From assembly GCA_021613535.1 (NCBI GenBank), contig CP075495.1, positions 16,182,001-16,246,000 on the forward strand: DNA of 64,000 nt, given 5' to 3'. This DNA comes from Adineta vaga. Lineage: Eukaryota > Animalia > Rotifera. Below, one piece after another: positions 12,819 to 25,100 of the stretch (the first letter of the stretch is position 1; the number at the start of each line of letters is the position of its first letter). The position numbers were made by a program, and so were the translations under genes. A model generated the notes under the pieces. That model saw only the letters and a program-made list of their open reading frames with translations. It searched no databases and was not told the origin of the DNA.

Positions 12819-12862
12819 GAGGGTGTGGGTGTGGGTGTGGGTGTGGGTGGGTGTGGGTGTGT
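12819..12862 (+). repeat. Telomeric (GGGTGT)n tract joining the two Terminon segments
   Basis: ~7 units seen directly. Confidence 0.9.
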
Positions 12863-12877
12863 ATATAAAGAAATAGC

Positions 12878-12927
12878 TACCACGACTATAGTTTCGACCT
12901 TGCTAAAGGGTCTGTCATCAGGTGGCA
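12878..12927 (-). ncRNA. Type I hammerhead ribozyme, intact core
   Basis: TGCCAC-CTGATGA-ca-GACC-ctttagcaa-GGTC-GAAA-CTATAG-TC-GTGGTA; stems I and II pair, palindromic short stem III, GUC cleavage triplet. Confidence 0.88.
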
Positions 12928-15594
12928 TAAATATTCTACATAAACTTGTTTGGCTGGCTCAACTGTTGTTTTCATCATGAATATAAATTGGTATCTCTCT
13001 TTATTTTTGCCGTTGCTCACATGGGAGGTTTTTTGTGTGGTGTGATGGACTAGCGTTTGTGTTTGTATGCGTAGGACAAGATAGGATAAATTCACTTTGG
13101 TCATGAATAGTTGAAGGAGAATGCTCCGCCACGTGAAATTTTCAAGTTATAGAATTGACTGCTTCAAAAAAATTTCCAAGTTTTTAGTAAAGAAGTTAAA
13201 AAACGAAAGATAAATACAAGAAAAAGAATAATTCATGGAGCGTCAATCAGAAGCAGTATGTTCATCTAGCTGTTGGCTTGTCATGGTTTTTGTTTGGATG
13301 CAGTGGAGTCGCAGTTGATTAGAGTTTCTTAGTTACAGGCATTCATAGTAAAGCGGTGACTGAAATAGGGAAAGCAAGAAAAATGAATGAAATTGACTGA
13401 AAGGTAAAGTAATTATTGGTTATAGAACTCACGGACGGTAGATCGTAATCATGAGTGGTTGGTTGTCGTAGCGTACTTTGGTTTATTGGAAGACTTTGAT
13501 GATTGTTTCCGATCTGTGTTTCTTTTTTATAGTGGATCAGTGGCAATGGATGTAAATAGTGTTGTTCTTGTGTTGCTTCCGTTTCTAAGAGTAGGAATCA
13601 TCGTTATATCGAAAAAGGACTCAGGAAGAGAAATAAGTGAATAAGGGACATAAAAGTACTTACGGATGTATTGATTTGTCTCTGGCATATAGCTTTGTCG
13701 TCGTCGGTGTTTTCGACAATGATCCATAGTATAGATAATAATAATAATTGTGAAAAATACAAGTAGACTAATGAATATAATTATGGATAGAATTAAAATA
13801 ACAACGATATATGGCGAATGGAAATCGAATGAAATTGTAGCTTGTAATTGATCTATTTGGCAAAAAACGGTAGAAAAAGAGACAGAATGACATTTCTTCT
13901 TGTAATCTAGACATCGAGGTCTGCATTGTTTGCCATACTTAAAATAAGATTATCAAACGAATACATACTAGGTAATTGAGGTACCGTTATTGTTGGTACT
14001 ACTATGTTATCACTAACCACATTTGTACACGGTTTAATCATTTTAAGTAAATACTCTTGCAAATGCGCACATGAAATATATTTGTATCCAAGCCAACAAT
14101 CTTGCGTATTATTTTTTCTGTAGAAATGACATGGATTCATTTGAATAAATCGATTGATTGGTGAAATAGAATTCATTTTTGAATTAACTTTCTTCAAAAT
14201 GATATCTATGATGTTGCTGAGAAATATTACTGGAAAGAAATATCAAGATAAATTAAATCGAAACAAAAAGAATTTTTACACTTATAAGGATTTGTATTGA
14301 TTGAAAATGTTATAACTATATACGTCACCTTACTTGAAGATCGAGCTGTTCAGGTCGCTGAAAACGTTTGTCTAAACTTAAAAGAAAATTTTTAACTTTT
14401 TAAGGCTGAAATGCGATTGAAAGGTCATAAGAGAAGAAGTAGTGGAACGTTCATTGCATATGAAACCGAAGCTATACTTACCTGTATGTCTGGTATATGA
14501 TACAATCAATTTTATAGTCTCATATTCAGTGTAGCAGATATAATTTGGAGCTGAGCATGTTGGAAAAATCTTATTCTTAGTTAAGGGAGTGCGTAATAAG
14601 ATAAGATGCCTTGAAAATATTTGGGTCTGAGTATATGATTATGTATGTAGTTTACTTTTCCTGCTTATACTTACTTTTGAGATGTTTGAAACTATGTGAT
14701 ATGTATGAAATGATTGATTCCTTGATAATATAATTTGAAATGTAGATAGATAATAGAAAGTTTTCTTTTCGTTTTCACACTTTTTCTTAATACTAGTGGT
14801 ACGTAAAAAGCGTTCCTTGATGTAGATTTCGATAATTGATTTCAGAATATACTAAATGTCAAATGTTAATTATATCTAGAACAGAGAAAGAAGTTTAGTT
14901 TACATGTTGAAGTTGTACACCAATTCAAATAAGAAAAAGAAATGAAAACTTTTATACATTCAAACTTTCATTGATAATTTTTTCCCATCTATATAGAGGA
15001 TACAATATTGGGTGGAGGTGTATATTACGAGAAGAAAGGTTTATGGTAAAAAGTAGAAGAAAAATGTATCAATTGATGAATGCGCTCTTCCATATTACAT
15101 AGACGAGCTTCCACAATAGTAGACATGGTCGGAGTAAATGATTCCATTTTAGGTACTTCATTTTGCTGCTTTTGGCTCTCTTTATTTATTGTACTAGCAT
15201 ATAACATTGACAATGAATAGTTTTTCTTTTGATGAAGAACGGTTTTTCGACATTGCTTTATTTTAGTTCGCCAAAGTTTTTGAGCAGTCGAAATCTAAGA
15301 TATCATGAAAGACAAGAATAAAGTAAAATAAAAACTATGTAATAAATGAACAGAAACCTGTTGTGATGTCGGATTTAAATCATAGAATGATTTGACAAGC
15401 TGTGCATCATTAATATCAGATATTAATAAGATTTTCCTCCGTTCTTTTTACTGAATTGTACGACATAGAAGATGAGAATGAGAGTGAGAAGAGTTAGTAC
15501 AACTATATAGTTCTTTTGAATATTATGTGATTGCTAATACGTAGCACAACAATTTTCTATAGAAAGATAGTTTGTGAAATTTGTTAGTAGCCCG

Positions 15595-16870
15595 TTATGA
15601 ATTTGGAGTCGTACACATCGGTGAAAGTAAAATTTTAAGTTTTTGTTTGGTGTTGTAAGATGCACGCCGTATCATATTAGTTTGACGTTGTTGTATAGCT
15701 TCGATGGTACGATCAAATGCTTGTAGATCTTTGACTTTACCTCTTACATTAAGTAATTTTGTGATTTCCAATCGAATACTGTCTGTATATGTTTGAGCGA
15801 TTTTTTCTGCTTCTATCAAACTTTGATTAACACATATTTCGGGTGTCATATTAGTTGTCTTGTGTTGATCTAGGACAACTTGAATGAATATATTGCTAAT
15901 ATGTTTTAATACTAAATCTTGAATAGTGAAAGATTGTAAGTTGGTCGATGAGTACCAATTTTTGAATAAAGCAATTTCATATCTGAGTAATTGTTCATCA
16001 TGAACAGTTTTCCAAATAACTTTTGCTGAATGAATCTAAAAATGTACATATTTGAATGTTTATCAAAGGATTTGATTGTATATTCACTAACTTCTGTTTG
16101 TCTTGGTTTTAACTGATAAGATGCTGCAACCAATTGGTGATCTTTCGCATCAAATTTCAATATTTTTCGGCGTCTTTGAAATTCAATACGTATTTCATAT
16201 TGATCAATATGTATGAGATCAGTAATGAATGTCATTATTCTATTCATATCAAACAGATCAATTGGTGGTTGTTTCATGTATTCTTCGATATCTTTACGAA
16301 TTCGTTCAAGCTGTTTTTGGAAGTGTTTTCGACGTTGTTCGATTAATACTTTTTGTCGACCATATGTAAGAGACATTGAATTATCTATAGCCATGTTTTT
16401 TGAAACTCGTCCAGGCCAAATATTTTCTGTTATACCAAGATTATAATAGTAAGACCATTGTTCTTCTTGTAATTTGAAATAAGTCATTTTATTGATAAAT
16501 TGTGTCAGATAACGAATATATGTTAATTTTTCATCTGTATTCAATATTTCCGAGAGTAAAGTTGTTTCTCGAGTATCTGTTTTTGATGCTGTTGTTAATA
16601 ATATTTGTTTCAACGTCTTATTCGATAACATGACATAGTCGCGTAAAAATACAGTCGGATCCACAGTTATTTCATCCTGTAGAAGATAGTATGTTTTCTT
16701 CATAGAAGGTGATTGTGACAATGAAATTGTTTGATCTTCTGTGAAGTTTATTGTATTTTGTAATTGACATGAACTCTTTGATCGGTAAAATTTTCTTTGT
16801 TTAAAACATTGATTAGATATCTCTTTGCTTTTTTTTTCGTGTCCCTTGTTCTTGTTTTTTAGCAGTCATT
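15595..16870 (-). CDS. Terminon coiled-coil ORF (spliced; intron 16036-16091; probably decayed)
   Basis: W.GRVSK..A..N....YGR.K.LIEQRR segment and heptad-rich helices; removing the GTTAGT...TTTTAG intron continues as IHSAKVIWKTVHDEQ. Confidence 0.65.
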
Positions 16871-17099
16871 CTCGTTAAAAACACTTTAATCAATCTGAAA
16901 GGAAAAGCAAACAGAAGTGTTGATTAGCTTATATTTCTAATGGGGAAAAAAATGAACATAAAAGGACATGTTAAGAAACATGAACTCGTATATACAATAA
17001 GATAAAAAGTTGAGCTTTCATATATAATAGTTATGATATCGTCGTAGGTTGATTTAATTTTGGTTCTAAACAAAGAAAAATGAAAAAAAATTGCATATT

Positions 17100-17760
17100 T
17101 CAAAAGAACCTGTAATGATATAGTTTACACTTCGTTTTAGGTTCTTCATTCTTTAGTAATGATAAAGATGGACGTTTTCGTGTAAGTTCACGCTCAATAT
17201 TTGGGCTATTTCGATGACCCGCAATCAATCGAATATCTTCATTTGGTGTATTCTTGAATAGATTATCATGAATTCTGTGTACATCTCGTCTAACATCTTT
17301 CAAGCGAGCTTCATGAATAAAATGTATAAATATTGTATTTGTAAATTTCTCATTGTTTTGTTTAATATTTATTTTTAATTTTCGTGATGGTATGTCGTCC
17401 ATTTTTCTATCATTAGGATGATCATCATTGACAATATCAACGGTATCTACACGTTTAGCAACAATCTTCTGTTTGACTGTTAATTGATTTAAAAGTTTTT
17501 GACGTAAATAAAGAAACAATTGATTTTCATCAATAAATAATGGTAAAAGAGTTGTTGTTATCGAAGATGAACTAATATGTTCAGTAAAAAATTTTGTAAA
17601 TTGTGTATTGATATAAGTCGATGGGTAACTAAATCAAAGATATAATTATTGAACTGATTAGTTTATCAATAAGAAAAGGTTCGACTTACCCATTATATAA
17701 TGAAATATAGATCAAAGTAGATTTGTTGAATTATAGTAGGTAATAGCCAGAATTTTAGAA
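17100..17760 (-). pseudogene. Second RT-derived C-terminal (thumb-like) ORF with intron 17629-17689 in the NG|Y motif
   Basis: Spliced LYNG|YPSTYINTQFTKFF...IFIHFIHE...RLIAGHRNSPN parallels the RT C-terminus LINKYPNTFIDKQFNYLF...MFIHFTY...PVLGTRNVNN. Confidence 0.65.
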
Positions 17761-17786
17761 GAAATAAATAATAAATATATAATTGT

Positions 17787-19658
17787 TTAAGTATTACGAG
17801 TTTGGACTAGGTGCTGTTGTAAGTTATTAACATTGCGAGTACCTAGAACTGGATTAATATCATTAATTGGTGATTCCCGAAAATATTTTTGCCAAAGATT
17901 GTGAAATTTTTGAGGGAATCCTTTCATATTTGAACAGTAAGTGAAATGAATAAACATGTTATGTCCAAAATCAATTGGTTCTTTGGTTTGTAATGGACTT
18001 TGTATAATCATGTCTCGTAATCGATTATAGTTATCTAATGTTAATGATTCTGTAATTTTATATTTTTTAAATAAATAGTTAAATTGTTTATCGATAAATG
18101 TATTTGGATATTTGTTAATCAACAAAGCCATACGTAATTTTTCACGTTCATCTATATATGCTTGGAATGTTGAAGAATAGCAAATAGCTCTTAATAACAT
18201 TGTAAATGGTATATTTTTCTTCATATGTATTGGATGAACACTATTAAATGGTAAATAATATGGCTCATAACTTGGTTTATGATAAACTTATGTATATATT
18301 TAACCATCTTGGTTTTCAATATGTAGATCGAGGAAGTTAATTTGAAGACTAATATTGGCAAATAATTGAATATTTTCGTCGAATGTATTCCAACGATTTA
18401 CTTGTTTATGTAAATGTTGAATAGGCCAATTTATAACTATAAAGATATCATCTATATATCGAAAATATAAGCCATAACTATTTTTAATTTGTTTAATAAT
18501 ATTTTGTTCAAAGAAAAACATGTAACAATTAGCGATGGTTAATGTAAGAGGAGATCCCATAGCTCCTCCTCTTACTTGGCGATAGTAATTGTCATTGTAT
18601 TTAAAATAATTATTTTGAATGACAAATCTTGCTAATCGTATAATAGTTTCAATATTTAAACCTTTAACTTGTTTTAAATTAAGATAATCGAACATCTTCT
18701 TTAATGCTAAAACTCCTTCAGTTTGTGGTATCATAGTGTAGAGATCGATTATATCAATGGTACATAAAATTGTTTCTTGACGGAAACTTGACCATGAGTG
18801 TAATTGTTGAATTAATTCGAAACCACATGTAACTGTTGTTGATGAAGCCATTTGATTAAATAAAGGTCTTAATAAATTATCTAAATATTTTGATATTTTA
18901 ATTGTTGGATGTTGAAGACCGGAAATGATTGGACGAAGTGGAGTTCCAGGCTTGTGTGATTTAGGTAAATAATAAAGATGAGCTAATTCAATCTCATCTG
19001 TTTGTTTAAGAGATAATTCTTCATATTGTTTTTGTGTAATCCATTTCATAAGACGTAAATCAAGTAAATATTTGTTTGTACGTTGGATTAAGTTGGGTAA
19101 TGGATCTTCTGTTGTACCAAGACATTGATAAGCTTTGGTTTTATTCATATATTCTATTGATTTTTTATCATAATCTTCAGTTGTATCAAGATGAAATACT
19201 TTAGATTTATCTGTCTTTCGAATGATTGTATTAGTTGATTTAAATTTAAATTTAAGACGTTTTAATAATCGATGATAATTTTTCTTCTTTTTATTATTAT
19301 ATTGATTAGATATAACTGGAATATTGTGTAAATTTTGAAGTAATAGGTATAATTCGTTAATAAATTCATTGACTGGACGACCTGGACTAACTTTCTTTTC
19401 ATGAAAGCGGGCTTCAATTTTTCTTTTTAAAGTAACCAATTCAATTGTACGTCGTCTTGTTGCAGTTTTTGGATCATTATAAATAAAACGAGGACCTAAT
19501 TGTAATATTTCTTGTTCATCCTCAGTTAATCTAATATTTGCTTGATTAATTATTGTTGGAGTAAGAAACTGTCGGGTAAAGTTCGTCCGACTGTCGAGAT
19601 TATTATTTCCAGTTGATCCGTTCTGGTCTCGACTTTTTCTATTTCTAAAAAATGGCAA
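17787..19658 (-). pseudogene. Athena reverse transcriptase (Penelope-like, no endonuclease), two in-frame stops near 18300 and 18288
   Basis: KTDKS, LYYLPKSHK..PLRPIIS, DIIDLYT, GGAMGSPL, RYIDD, FLDL, then G*IYT*VYHKPSYEPYYLPFNSVHP in the same frame as ORF 17787-18224. Confidence 0.92.
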
Positions 19659-20161
19659 GCTTTTTCTGCTAATAATTTAAAACGTTTTTCACGTAAATCA
19701 TTATATTGATGAAATGCTGTAAGACCAGCTTGTGTATCAAAGCCATTATCATCATTATTATTAGGAAAACATTGAATTATTTGTTTAATTTCATTTGTAA
19801 GTAATTCTAAACCACGTTTTTGTGTTTTAATAACAAGAGTCATTGATCGTGTATGATAATCTTTTGAAATTTGTTTCATATCATCGTAGATTTCTTGTGC
19901 TTCTTGTTTAGGAAATTGTGTTTCATTAAAATTAAAAGATAATTGAGTTTGACCAATAAATTTTGGTAATAGATTATATTCAACACGTTTTGTAGCTTTT
20001 TGAAAATTTTCATTTTTTGTTGACCATAATTTTAACTTAGGTTCTAATAATAAATGAAGTCTCCATTGTGTTGGTGTAGCTACTTTTTTGAATTCATCTA
20101 ATGCTTTTGATTCTTCAATTTCTAATTTAAACAAACTAATACGATTTGAACAAACTTTCAT
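19550..20161 (-). CDS. Athena upstream helical ORF overlapping the RT frame (fused by predicted -1 frameshift)
   Basis: 203-aa ORF overlapping the RT ORF by ~110 nt, with T TTT TTA at 19652-19646. Confidence 0.75.
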   Translation of the reverse strand: MKVCSNRISLFKLEIEESKALDEFKKVATPTQWRLHLLLEPKLKLWSTKNENFQKATKRVEYNLLPKFIGQTQLSFNFNETQFPKQEAQEIYDDMKQISKDYHTRSMTLVIKTQKRGLELLTNEIKQIIQCFPNNNDDNGFDTQAGLTAFHQYNDLREKRFKLLAEKACHFLEIEKVETRTDQLEIIISTVGRTLPDSFLLQQ

Positions 20162-20595
20162 TATATGTTGTGTACAATGAAGAATATATTCTAATATTAG
20201 ATTTTCAATGTTCGATTTGAAGGATATATAAGTGATAATAGTAGAATTTTATTTTAATCTTCATTTTGAATTTGAACAACAATAGTTTTTTTGAAAAACA
20301 AAGTATATATAATCATTGAACAAGGTTTTATTCAATAAATTCGTATAAATATTTAATTGATTATATTTATTCTTCTTAAATTATAAATATCTATTAAATT
20401 TCTTAGGAAAAAAAGATTAATTGAATAATATTAAAACAATATATGAACGAGTTAATCACATTCGAATTCCCAATAAATGTATATATATATATATATATTA
20501 TTTTTCACAAATCATTAAACTTATTATAAAAATTAATTGTACTATTACAATTTGTGAATCAATAATAAATAATCTTAATCGAACATTATCTTTAA

Positions 20596-21060
20596 CCCTT
20601 TGACGCCGGCATTTTTTTAAAGAAAAATAAGATGTTTTTTCTTTTGAAAAAATATCTGGAACAAATTTTATTATTAGATAGAAGCATTTAGAAATGCTTC
20701 AGAGTATGATAATCTTCAAAACAGTCTATTACACAAAGTCCAACGTCACAAGCATCACACTAATAGTCTGTATCAGTACGTTTCTTCTCTCGTCTGCTTG
20801 TACGACTACAAACTACACAAGATCTTCGTGCAATATTTCCTGTTGCTGTTGGTGGAACTAAAGATGGAAAATGACGTGCAGTTGGATTTTTGGGCTGTGC
20901 GTGTCTTTCAATCAGTTGCCGAACCAATTTTTTTCGAAAATCACCAAACTGAATAGTTGTTTTATGCCTGACTTTGAATAGTATATATACGTTCAATGTT
21001 GATATATCCAGCGGGTGAAAGAAAAATTTCTTGTACCACTTGACGGTTTTGCGATTACTT
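20596..21060 (-). mobile_element. piggyBac 3' remnant
   Basis: TTAA|CCCTTT terminus at 20592-20601; RKTVKWYKKFFFH..D....NVYIL; C-terminal Cys cluster CVVC...CDACDVGLCVIDCFEDYH. Confidence 0.88.
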
Positions 21061-22000
21061 TTTGAGTCTTCTAATCACTTTTTCGTGTTTGTATCGTCCT
21101 CGGTTCGTGAGTTGTAGACTACATAATGACTCTATTTTACACATATAAGTTAATCTGTTTCATATTGAAACAACAAAGTTTGACAAAGATACCCTGAGAT
21201 AGTATGGTCAATATTTTCGTAATAGAATTTTATATCGATATGTATTTTCTTTCTTGAAAAAAGAAGAAAATGTGATTGATGTGAATAAAGTACTGTGTAT
21301 GGAAGCAAATACTGAAAAATCATATTATGGATGTTTTGTAAAACTTGAAAGCCGACAGAGAACGTTCGAAGGTCTTTTCTGTTCATAATCACGAAGACTT
21401 CGTGTTGTGAAATAAAGTCAGTCATAATTACATAGGTTATGGATTATACTGATAAATTTTACAAAGACTGCATATTTCAATTAGTTATTTTTTTATTTTG
21501 AGTCATCTTATAACATGTTTTGTAGTTATTGCTTTGTTTGTATATGTATTTTAGAGTAAAAGTAAAAATAGCACTCGAATAATTTTTACAATGGAAATTC
21601 ATTATTTTTATCTTTTTCATTTATCAGATAGTTTTAATAAATATTTTTGTCTTTATAAAACTATAACACATCCAGCGAAGAAGCGAGTGGGTAATTGTAA
21701 TTTCATATTAATCAATATTTATCTATCGAAAATGAAATCTTTTGAGCATAATTATAATCATTTTTATATTATTTAATAACAACTTTTCTAAATTAGTTTA
21801 TTTTAAAAAAAGCTTGAATAATAAAGATTAAAAAACTCGTTTGTATAGAAATAAAAATCTAACTAAAAAGCAAAAAAAATTAATTTGTTTTTTATGTCCG
21901 TGCTTGTATTTGATGTTTCCTAAAAACAAGAATACAGAATATTATCAATATATACATTAAATACTCTAAGAAAAATAAACTCACTTGATTAAATTATAAT

Positions 22001-22330
22001 TTAGCATCTACAGCCTCCCTGTCTCATAATGCCCTCACAAAAATCCTTCATATTATCGCGCCGTGTACTATCACGACAACACTAGTAGTCCGCAGTTATG
22101 TAACCAATAGTGTTTGTACCGAAATGTTGACACTGTGCCACACCTCTAGAATGTTGTACATGACGACGATTAAGATCAAATAATTGATTAATTTTATCTG
22201 TTCGGTTTCGTTCTTCCATTGATTCTAATGCATTAGAATCATCTTGAATCCAACGACCATAACAAATTGTAATCGAAACTATTAAACATGTTATTGTCCA
22301 TGTTAAGATTTTGTTAGTGTATATTGTTAT
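22001..22330 (-). pseudogene. Defensin-like Cys-rich prepropeptide (ATA at start position, one in-frame TAG)
   Basis: Hand translation: TIYTNKILTWTITCLIVSITICYG (signal-like), acidic pro-region, then GVAQCQHFG...DY*CCRDSTRRDNMKDFCEGIMRQGGCRC*. Confidence 0.5.
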
Positions 22331-22709
22331 GATATTCTTAATTTTGATGAAATACTCAGTGTATTCTTCTTACAATTGTAAAACACATTAAAAACATAAA
22401 AAATGTCATGTGTTTAAATATCAAATAAATCACAAGTTTCATTCTCTGTGAGAATAAATAATCAGCCAAAGAATCATGCTTGAGCTGAATATGTTGAATT
22501 TCAATCGATATCAACCTTTTAGTAGAAAAATAAGTTTTCTTTCTGTTTAAAGTTCATTTATGTTGATGATGCATCTATTCTCTAGAATGTCATAGAGACT
22601 CAAGTGGTTCGTCCACTTTTTCTTCTCTATTTTTCAAGTATTAGAGCTGATAATTTGAATATAAGTAGACAAACATTACATCTGTAATGAGCATTCATAA
22701 AAAGGAAAG

Positions 22710-24460
22710 ATGTATGAAACATTAAAGATCTGTCTTCTTCTCTCATTCATCTCTTTTACTCATTGTATTTTTCTTAATGAATTAAAAAATGTTCGGATGA
22801 TTGGTAATACCTATCAAATATTATACAATCAAATGAAACAAGAATGTATATGTACAATGATGAGTTCAAATGGAATGATATCATCATTGAATTATTTATC
22901 AAATAATCAAACATGTCAATTATTTTATGCAAATGTTACTACAGTTACATTTGAATGGGATCTGAATTCTTCTATTATCTATAACAATCAATCGGTAGTT
23001 TTTTCAACATTTAGTAAGTTAACTTATAAAAGAGATACAAGAAAAATGACCCTATAAAATTATTATAACTTTATTAATTTTCTAAAATAGATTCGAATAC
23101 TACGTCGACATCAACATCAACAACATCAACATCAACAACAACGACGACATCATCAACAACAACAACAACAACAGCTAAAGGTATGTGTTTAAATAAATTG
23201 AGAAAATATTTGATCATGTAGATTCAAAAAAAATTTCTAGAACAACAAATTATTATGCGTATATACTTGTGTGAGAAAATCGTTAGAATTGATTCGTTGC
23301 CTTAGAATTCAAGATTCACTAAGTTACCCATCTTCTGTTGAGGTTTAAGATTAATGATAACAATTCATGTTAACAATCATTTTCACCAGATAGATGTGGA
23401 TATGACATGAATGTCTTTTATTAACTTGTCGCGAAAAATAAAGACTCTCATTGATTGAGATGTATTTGTAAAAATGATATACAGTTAAAAAATGAAGACA
23501 TCTGTCATTTATCCAAGATTATTGATTTATGAAGTATTTCCAATAAATAATAGTTCATTTATCTGCACTTGTTGAATACGAATAAAAACGAATATATTTA
23601 TTTATTTAGAATGGAGAACTACAGGAAGTATGAGTACTGCACGAGCATCTTTCAGCGCAACTGTCTTAGCAAATGGATTAGTATTAGTAGCAGGCGGTAC
23701 TAATAGCAGTCATACTTTCAATAGTGCTGAATTATACAATCCATCAACAGGTAACTGGACAACAACAGGAAATATGAATGTTGCACGAGCCTATCACGCA
23801 TCACTCGTCTTAGGAAATGGAAAAATATTAATTGCAGGTGGATTTGATGGTTCTACTGCTCTAAACAGTGCTGAATTGTATAATCCATCAATAGGTACTT
23901 GGACTATAACAGGTAGTATGAATACCCCACGAAGATTGTCCGTATCATGTATCTTAAGCAATGAAACAGTATTGCTTGCAGGTGGAAATAGTGGTGCTGG
24001 ATTTGTAAACACTGTTGAAATATATAATTCATCAACTGGTACTTGAACATCAACAGGAAATATGAATGTTGCACGAGGACAGAGTACAGCAACCATGTTA
24101 CAAAATGGAATGGTGTTGGTTGCAGGTGGAATGAATGGTGGTGGTTATCTGAACACTGCTGAATTATATAATCTATCAACAAGCACCTGGAATATGACAG
24201 GTAGTATGAATATTGCACGAGCAAATTTTATGGCATCGATGCTACTAAATGGAATGGTACTTGTTATAGGTGGAATGAATGGCGCTTTTCTAGATAGTGC
24301 TGAATTATATGATCCATCGACAGGTATTTGGACAATCGTAGCAAATATGAATAGTTCACGATCAGTTCACAAAACAGCTGTTTTAGCAAATGGAAGAGTA
24401 TTAGTTGTTGGAAGGCAAAATAGTGGTGGTTATCTCAATAGTGCTGAATTATATTCATAG
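22710..24460 (+). pseudogene. Secreted PAN/apple-like + Thr/Ser linker + kelch (galactose-oxidase-like) beta-propeller; TGG>TGA stop at 24044
   Basis: Exons 22710-23013, 23091-23180, 23610-24460 join in phase 1; six repeats M..AR....A..L.NG.VLVAGG.....L..AELY.P.TG.W. Confidence 0.85.
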
Positions 24461-24918
24461 AATTTCAATGAAAACTATTTTCTTTCATAAACTAAATATT
24501 CAAAATTAAATGTTGTATTTACATTATATATTTATCATTGTTTCTAATTCATCAACTTAAAAAAAAACTGTAGTTTTCTTGAATTGCGTATAATTTACTT
24601 ATATGAAAGTGTTTTTATATGAATAAATCAGATCATAAGATGTATTTATTCATTTTACTCGATCTATGCCATTACCATCCGATTCTATTGTATATCTTCT
24701 ATATTCATAAAGAAGAAATTTTGTTTGTTCGCTATGGATTCAGTCCCTGTAAGAAGCAATTTTTAATTCTCTTAATGGTATAAAAAAATCAATCAATTTC
24801 CTTCAGTTTGTGGTGAAAGTGTGGGATGACGAAAAGGATACCTTTCTAGTTTATTCTAGCACTAATTTTGATAATAGTTAGACCAGAAATGAGCACAAGT
24901 CCAAGATAGAATAAAACA

Positions 24919-24991
24919 TCCCTCTGTAATGTAATGGCTAACATGCCTGATTGTAGCTAGGACAATCTCGGTTTGATTCCTAGCGGAGGGA
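24919..24991 (+). pseudogene. Degenerate tRNA-like sequence
   Basis: TCCCTCTG...CGGAGGGA acceptor-like stem, A-box-like TAATGTAATGG, B-box-like GGTTTGATTCC; anticodon arm unpaired. Confidence 0.5.
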
Positions 24992-25100
24992 AATTCATAT
25001 ATATTTTTCATTTTCTTACATCATTTGCAATCATTGTATCAATAATAAATGCAAGAGTATGATGTAATGTTGCTAGTCAATAACGTATGCAAAAAAAGTA

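Larger units (their letters stand above)
9899..20500 (-). mobile_element. Athena/Terminon (endonuclease-less Penelope-like retroelement), two tandem segments (~9899-12818 and ~12819-20500)
   Basis: Co-oriented minus-strand ORFs, PLE-type RT without GIY-YIG, coiled-coil ORFs with introns, and a hammerhead plus C-rich telomeric repeats at each 3' end; 5' boundary approximate. Confidence 0.85.

Noticed and set aside
14330-14372. TTGAAGA...GAAA hammerhead-like string on the + strand
   Set aside because: Stems do not pair properly and it is antisense to the element.
17787-19658. Telomerase or retron RT
   Set aside because: The motifs (GGAMGSPL, RYIDD, YHKP thumb) and context fit a Penelope-like Athena RT; no TERT T-motif seen.
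24044-24046. TGA recoded as Trp or Sec
   Set aside because: All other Trp codons checked are TGG, TGA is not used elsewhere in intact ORFs, and neighbouring genes have other inactivating lesions.
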